From Sulfobacillus benefaciens (lineage in GTDB: Bacteria > Bacillota > Sulfobacillia > Sulfobacillales > Sulfobacillaceae), in assembly GCA_003023725.1 (NCBI GenBank), contig PXYT01000079.1, positions 1-12,869 on the forward strand: a stretch of 12,869 bases of DNA. The letters run 5' to 3'. The position numbers and the translations under genes were made by a program. How positions within the stretch are numbered: the stretch's first letter is position 1; each line of letters starts with the position of its first letter. Under the pieces are notes generated by a model that ran no database searches, had not been told where the DNA came from, and worked only from the letters and a program-made list of their open reading frames with translations. Shown here in pieces: positions 8,419 to 12,869 of this stretch.

Positions 8419-9408
8419 CTATCCCCACCGGATCGCCGCCATAGCCATGAGACCCGTAACCATCCCCAAAGGCAGGGCTATGCCCCACACCATGAACATA
8501 GTGCGCACCACCACCCATTTCACCTTCAGTGGATTTAATGCGGTGCCCGTCCCCAATAATGCTCCATCCGTTGTTTGCGTTGTACTCACCGGCATCCCCA
8601 ACAGGGCCGCCAGACTGACTGTTAGGGCTGCCGCGCTTTGAGTGCTCAGCGCATTCATGGGGTCCAAGCGAATGATATGCCCTCCCACGGTTTTGGCGAT
8701 ACGCACTCCGCCTCCCCAAAATCCTAGAGCCCAAAAACCCAAGGGGACAACCACGGAAATCCAGGACACGTGATAATGGACATGATGACCCCATAGCATC
8801 AGGGTCAGCGCCATCAGTCCAATGGCCTTTTCTTGATCGTTGGCCCCGTAGGCTAAGCCCTGCCACACTGCACTCCCGTATTGCAAACGTTTCAGAGAGC
8901 GGTATCCGGACAAAGACGTCAAGCTCAAAACATCCCATAGCAGCCGCGTCAACAAAAATGCTGCGACAAACCCTAACACAACCGACAGGCCCATCCCCAC
9001 AAGCACTGTGAGAAGCCCTGCCCAGTGAATAAACCGGGTATCCCCAGACGCTATCGCAGCCCCGACCATTCCTCCGCCCAAGGCCATGGTCATACTGGTA
9101 GGCATCCGCATGCGCCAAGTGACAAATACGCTTAACACCGCAGATCCCACGGCGACAGCCAGTACATCGGGATTGGCTTGGTGAAAATTGATGATGGCTA
9201 CGGTAATGGTCCGGGACACCGCGGTGCCAAACAAGACAGGACCTAAGGCGACGCTGCCCACAAGCACAGGAAAAATGAGGGCCGGTGCGATCACTCCCCC
9301 GCGCAGGAATGTGGCCATCAGATTACCGCCATCGTTAAAACCGGCCAACACACTGAACAGGGCAATTAATACAAAAATGCCGATATAAATAGAATCCACA
9401 GGGGCCAC
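8419..9408 (-). CDS. Inorganic phosphate transporter, PiT family
   Basis: 329 aa, polytopic. PiT duplicated signatures are recognisable as 'GFNDGGNLMATF' and 'GANDQEKAIGLMALTL'. 'MPVSTTQTTDGALLGTG' matches the C-terminal PiT motif. GTG start with AAGGAAAG upstream. Confidence 0.93.
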   Translation of the reverse strand: MAPVDSIYIGIFVLIALFSVLAGFNDGGNLMATFLRGGVIAPALIFPVLVGSVALGPVLFGTAVSRTITVAIINFHQANPDVLAVAVGSAVLSVFVTWRMRMPTSMTMALGGGMVGAAIASGDTRFIHWAGLLTVLVGMGLSVVLGFVAAFLLTRLLWDVLSLTSLSGYRSLKRLQYGSAVWQGLAYGANDQEKAIGLMALTLMLWGHHVHYHVSWISVVVPLGFWALGFWGGGVRIAKTVGGHIIRLDPMNALSTQSAAALTVSLAALLGMPVSTTQTTDGALLGTGTALNPLKVKWVVVRTMFMVWGIALPLGMVTGLMAMAAIRWG

Positions 9409-9464
9409 CGACTTTCCTTATCTCACCCGGTCATAGTTGTTCCAAGAGATCATGAACCGGGATC

Positions 9465-9503
9465 TTAACGTGGGCATAACGTAATCTTAACACAATCTTA
9501 ACA
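9465..9503. promoter_or_regulatory. Candidate Pho box (PhoP-type binding array): four TTAACA-like hexamers with 5-bp spacers
   Basis: TTAACG(9465)-tgggc-ATAACG(9476)-taatc-TTAACA(9487)-caatc-TTAACA(9498), an exact 11-bp period. It sits 57-95 bp upstream of the PiT start codon on the - strand. Confidence 0.65.
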
Positions 9504-9843
9504 TTTTCCAAGCCCTTGTACTGAGTCCTTAAGACGTAACACAAAATGCGTTAAGCTTTGGAAGTTCCAGGGAATTGATCTCAACTCGTAATCCCTTGAG
9601 GGTCAGTGGCTCCCGGAATCCCTGGTTCAGTGTTTTCCCCAGTGCCTTCATCTCTGCTCTCAGGGCCCAACGCTCTTTTCTAGGACGAAGACGTGCCAGT
9701 CGGACACATCCCACAGAGCCAAAGGGTCATCCCCAATATATTCACCATGCCACAAATCGGGGATAAAACCGATGGGCAAGAGGTCTTTAAATTTCCCATG
9801 CAATACTGGCCGACTGCCGCCATCACGCGGATCTTCCCATCAA

Positions 9844-9899
9844 GGAATACAGGCGTAAAGCTCTCCGACTGTCAGGCCGGGGTTTTACGCCTGTATTCC
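9844..9899. repeat. Perfect 16-bp inverted repeat with a 24-nt loop (strong stem-loop)
   Basis: GGAATACAGGCGTAAA (9844-9859) ... TTTACGCCTGTATTCC (9884-9899), exact reverse complements. Confidence 0.8.
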
Positions 9900-10067
9900 G
9901 ACGAAAAAATATTTGAATTAAAGCCGGCCCTTCCATGCTCATTTGACGTGAACCGCAGCGGAACGCCGACTATCCAGAAAACAGCCGTTCGCTGGGTTCC
10001 GCTGTCTGCATCGTCATCATCGGCCGGCATTGCCTCGTAGCGATATCCATGAAACAGATGACGACCT

Positions 10068-10589
10068 TTATGATGATGGAGATACAGAAGGATTTCCCCC
10101 GGATACCACTTTGACTGTGTCCCAGATGTCACTGGTGGGTGTGGTTTTACCACCATTTAACCAGTCCGCCAACATATAAGTGCCCACTTTCGTAGCCGTA
10201 AACTTATAAAGTCGGTGCTGGCCGGGCAATATTCCCGCTGTTGGCTTTACGGCAATTTGACGATAGGACTCACCGGCTCCCGGAAAGGCGAGATGGTGAC
10301 GCCGATAAACACCTATAGATTCCGGTATCGGCCCGTGATTGATAAAGTCCATCTTCACGTGATAACCTTCGGGGATGGTGACAACCATCCCCCCGCGCGT
10401 GAATCCGTCCAATACGGAACTTTGCTGAGAGCTGGAATAGGTGCTCTCCACCTTCAAATCAATCGTTTTCGAGGACGGATGAATCGTCATCCACTTCGCC
10501 GCCGTGAGGTTCGGAGAACCGCATCCCGCCAACACAAGCGATAATGCCCCAATCACAGCCACTCCCGTCCACTTGGCCCCTACTCGCAT
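10068..10589 (-). CDS. Cupredoxin/sulfocyanin-like lipoprotein, probably lacking type-1 copper ligands
   Basis: The start at 10589 (MRVGAKWTG...) has an AGGAG RBS, and a lipobox 'LSLVLAGC' follows. Cupredoxin-like text: 'GGMVVTIPEGYHVKMDFINHGPIPESIGVY...GILPGQHRLYKFTATKVGTYMLADW...DIWDTVKV'. The tracked ORF start at 10622 is less likely. Confidence 0.65.
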   Translation of the reverse strand: MRVGAKWTGVAVIGALSLVLAGCGSPNLTAAKWMTIHPSSKTIDLKVESTYSSSQQSSVLDGFTRGGMVVTIPEGYHVKMDFINHGPIPESIGVYRRHHLAFPGAGESYRQIAVKPTAGILPGQHRLYKFTATKVGTYMLADWLNGGKTTPTSDIWDTVKVVSGGNPSVSPSS

Positions 10590-10758
10590 GGTTCTCACTC
10601 CTCTTGATAAGTTTTGCGGCAAAGCACCACTCTTGTCTGGTCACCGGAAGCTCTCGGGACATGCCCTAACAATTCCACACGCAACACATTTGTGCTCGCC
10701 CCGCACTATCTGCCGTAGGGCCGCCTCCTACTCCGTCTGCCTCGCAGCGTGCGGATTC

Positions 10759-11181
10759 TTAACGCGACCGAGGCCGCCAACTGCCTAAGATAGCAAGCGC
10801 CAAGTTCACTTGAGTACGCGGCACACAAATCTTAATCGAGCGCGTGTGATCCGCCAGGCTCCACACCCCGTAATAGATGAATTGGCGACCGTTTTGAACT
10901 TGCCATTCCCGCAAATTCCGTCCGACATTCGGCAGCATTCGGGCTTTGGCCGGCACATTTTTCGCGGTAAATGAAGGCAAGAACCATAGCCCCCACCTAG
11001 ATGAGGTTTCCACATAGGCCCCTGCTCCACCGTCGCGATGCCAGCTCGGTGGTATGGTAATGCTCTCACCCTGATGATGGACCACCTGCCAGCGGCCGGA
11101 CTGTATCCCTGTCCACACCGCCGTGAAAACCACAGCGCCCAAAACCACCGTACCGATCACCATGGCTCTGCGTAATCTCAT
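10759..11181 (-). CDS. Small membrane-anchored protein of unknown function
   Basis: 140 aa: N-terminal basic residues plus a hydrophobic segment 'AMVIGTVVLGAVVFTAVWTGI', then a soluble domain. GAAGGATC RBS immediately upstream. Same strand and close to the cupredoxin-like gene. Confidence 0.6.
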   Translation of the reverse strand: MRLRRAMVIGTVVLGAVVFTAVWTGIQSGRWQVVHHQGESITIPPSWHRDGGAGAYVETSSRWGLWFLPSFTAKNVPAKARMLPNVGRNLREWQVQNGRQFIYYGVWSLADHTRSIKICVPRTQVNLALAILGSWRPRSR

Positions 11182-12810
11182 GATCCTTCACATCTTTCTC
11201 TGATTCGCCTTCAGACTCGTCCCTCCGCACGGATTTAAACAGGAGTAACCCAGGCACAAACCTTCGGTCTACGTTCGATCAGTCTGAAACGTGCACGGTT
11301 TAAGACAGCGGGATGAGAGGTCATCAGGACATCACCGTGTGATCCCGGACATTGAGTGGTATCGTGTCACATATCTCGCGAGAGGACAGCATGTCGGCAG
11401 CAATACCCCACGACTGACCGGATCAAAAATTTCCTTGCCAGTCCTGATTACAGCGGATGATCGAAGAGTTTTCGTGTGCTTTACATCTTCTAGAATTTTC
11501 ACAGCATTGTCAAGACGGAGTGGAGAAAACGGAAACATACGACGAAAATATGACGAGCGAGGGGACAGATTGTCACCGGAATGAACGATTGTCAAAGTGC
11601 GGAAGACGAGTAAGGTAGGACCTAAGCCGGAAGACTTCGCTCAGAGGAACTAGCCGTATCATGGCGGGACAGGAGGCGATGAATGGCACTTTTGCCAAGT
11701 GATAAATGCGGAGTGGGCCGACTTAAATCAGAACATTCTGGATTGCTGTCACGCAAGAAAATGGCACAGAGCGAGGTGAGGAGAACCCGGAAATCTCAGG
11801 CAAGGCAGCGAAAGCGTGTAAACCGGCTCGAATTCCGCAACACCGCACGGATGATTCCCTGGGTGTCCAGACGACGTCGCCGTCGGCCAATCGTTTCCCC
11901 GGAAATGTCATGGAGCCGGTCCCGCGGATCGGCTCTCCCCGGGGAAAATGGACGGGCGGGGGCACATGATGGGAGTCTTCATTCACAGCTCAACACGCGG
12001 CTCTAACCCGGCCATCTCCCAGAGTGTAACATGGCGGCATCATCGTGATTTTCCCCCAGGGGCAAGATACGCACCGAATGATCAGGAGTATTTCGTGTGG
12101 GGAAAGTCATCCCCTGGCTGATTCACGATTCGGTGACAAGAGAATGGAAAGTGGACAACGACTCCAGCGAAAAGCCGGAGGATTCTCAGTGCTGTGGCCG
12201 GCTTCAAGGGGAGCCGTTGTCAGTTCTTTGACGGCACGGTGGCTCTGGGGGTGGTAAGTCTGGCAGCGCTGTTGAGGTGTTTCACCGTGAGGGATCTTGT
12301 GCGTACGAGTTTTGGTGTTCTCAGGCCCTCCAAATTCCCTTCTGCGCCTACGCTTATTACTGTGTACCCAATAATATGACGTGGCGAGTGGATAGACATC
12401 ATTTTTCAAAATCAAAGTCACACCCCTTGACATGAGCGCATCATGGGTCACCACAGGCACAAGCAGGATTTTCGAGTCTGCGCGGATCTCCCCATCCACG
12501 GACTCACCAAAGTCAAAATCTTTCCCAACACACCGCATATAGCGGTGAAATTGAGACTGGACCTGCTGCTTGAGGGGGCTTGGTTAATGACATAAGGGGC
12601 GGAGGCAAGTTCACCAACTTTTGCCATTATTAAAGAAAAGAACGACTGAAATTGATAACATTTGCCCACCTATTTTCTTTTATGTCACATCCATCTCGCA
12701 GAGAAATCTCGTACAGCTCCGGCCCGGTAATGACAGCCTGTCGTTCGAGGCCTCCCCCTAAAATACCGTACATCCCGGTACTCGCTCGAATCCGGTCCCT
12801 TACCAAAACA

Positions 12811-12851
12811 GGGCGTAAAGCCCCCGGCTTCAGCCGTGGGGATAGAAGCCC
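12811..12851 (+). ncRNA. Candidate right-end / omega(re)RNA scaffold hairpin of a TnpB- or IscB-type IS200/IS605-like element, cut by the window end
   Basis: GGGCGTAAAG-CCCC-CGGC-TTCA-GCCG-T-GGGG-ATAGAAGCCC, a nested stem (12821-12841) resembling the terminal hairpins of IS605/TnpB elements. No TnpB coding sequence was recognised next to it. Confidence 0.35.
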
Positions 12852-12852
12852 A

Positions 12853-12868
12853 TGGCCCGACAGGGCCA
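12853..12868. repeat. Short palindromic hairpin TGGCCC-GACA-GGGCCA
   Basis: 6-bp perfect stem with a 4-nt loop at the extreme window end, directly after the preceding structure. Confidence 0.5.
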
Positions 12869-12869
12869 A

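Noticed and set aside
8396-9118. 240-aa - strand ORF overlapping the PiT gene
   Set aside because: Out-of-frame with the PiT ORF, which carries clear motifs. Composition is typical of an alternate frame of a GC-rich gene.
9693-10156. ORFs 9693-10040 (+) and 9872-10156 (-)
   Set aside because: No family recognised, no RBS, and both run through the perfect inverted repeat. Likely chance frames.
11683-12257. Arg/Ser-rich ORF 11683-12006 (+) and ORF 12045-12257 (+)
   Set aside because: Low-complexity basic composition typical of a non-coding frame, with no motif support.
1-12869. CRISPR array, toxin-antitoxin, retron or other defence system
   Set aside because: Scanning by eye showed no regularly spaced direct repeats beyond the 11-bp Pho-like array, and no RT, Cas or toxin motifs. 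The only nuclease-related content is the degenerate IscB.

Overview
The window resembles an acidophilic Firmicute (Sulfobacillus-like) genome; that lineage is my inference from protein style only. Left part, + strand: a carbohydrate ABC uptake operon. It contains a 5'-truncated solute-binding protein, two MalF/MalG-type permeases whose reading frames overlap by 4 nt, and a GH31 alpha-glucosidase-like enzyme. Centre, - strand: an EamA/DMT permease, then a badly decayed IscB (ISC/OMEGA nuclease) gene with its likely HEARO/omega-RNA region upstream, then a PiT-family phosphate transporter. A four-copy, exactly 11-bp-periodic TTAACA-like array (candidate PhoP/Pho box) lies upstream of the transporter start. 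Right part, - strand: a small membrane-anchored protein and a cupredoxin/sulfocyanin-like lipoprotein that appears to lack the copper ligands. Beyond about 11.2 kb the sequence is coding-poor, and it ends in an IS200/IS605/OMEGA-like right-end hairpin. No CRISPR array, rRNA, tRNA or intact novel multi-gene system was supportable. The best leads are the IscB relic with a deletion through the HNH region, the Pho-box-like array, and the ligand-less cupredoxin.
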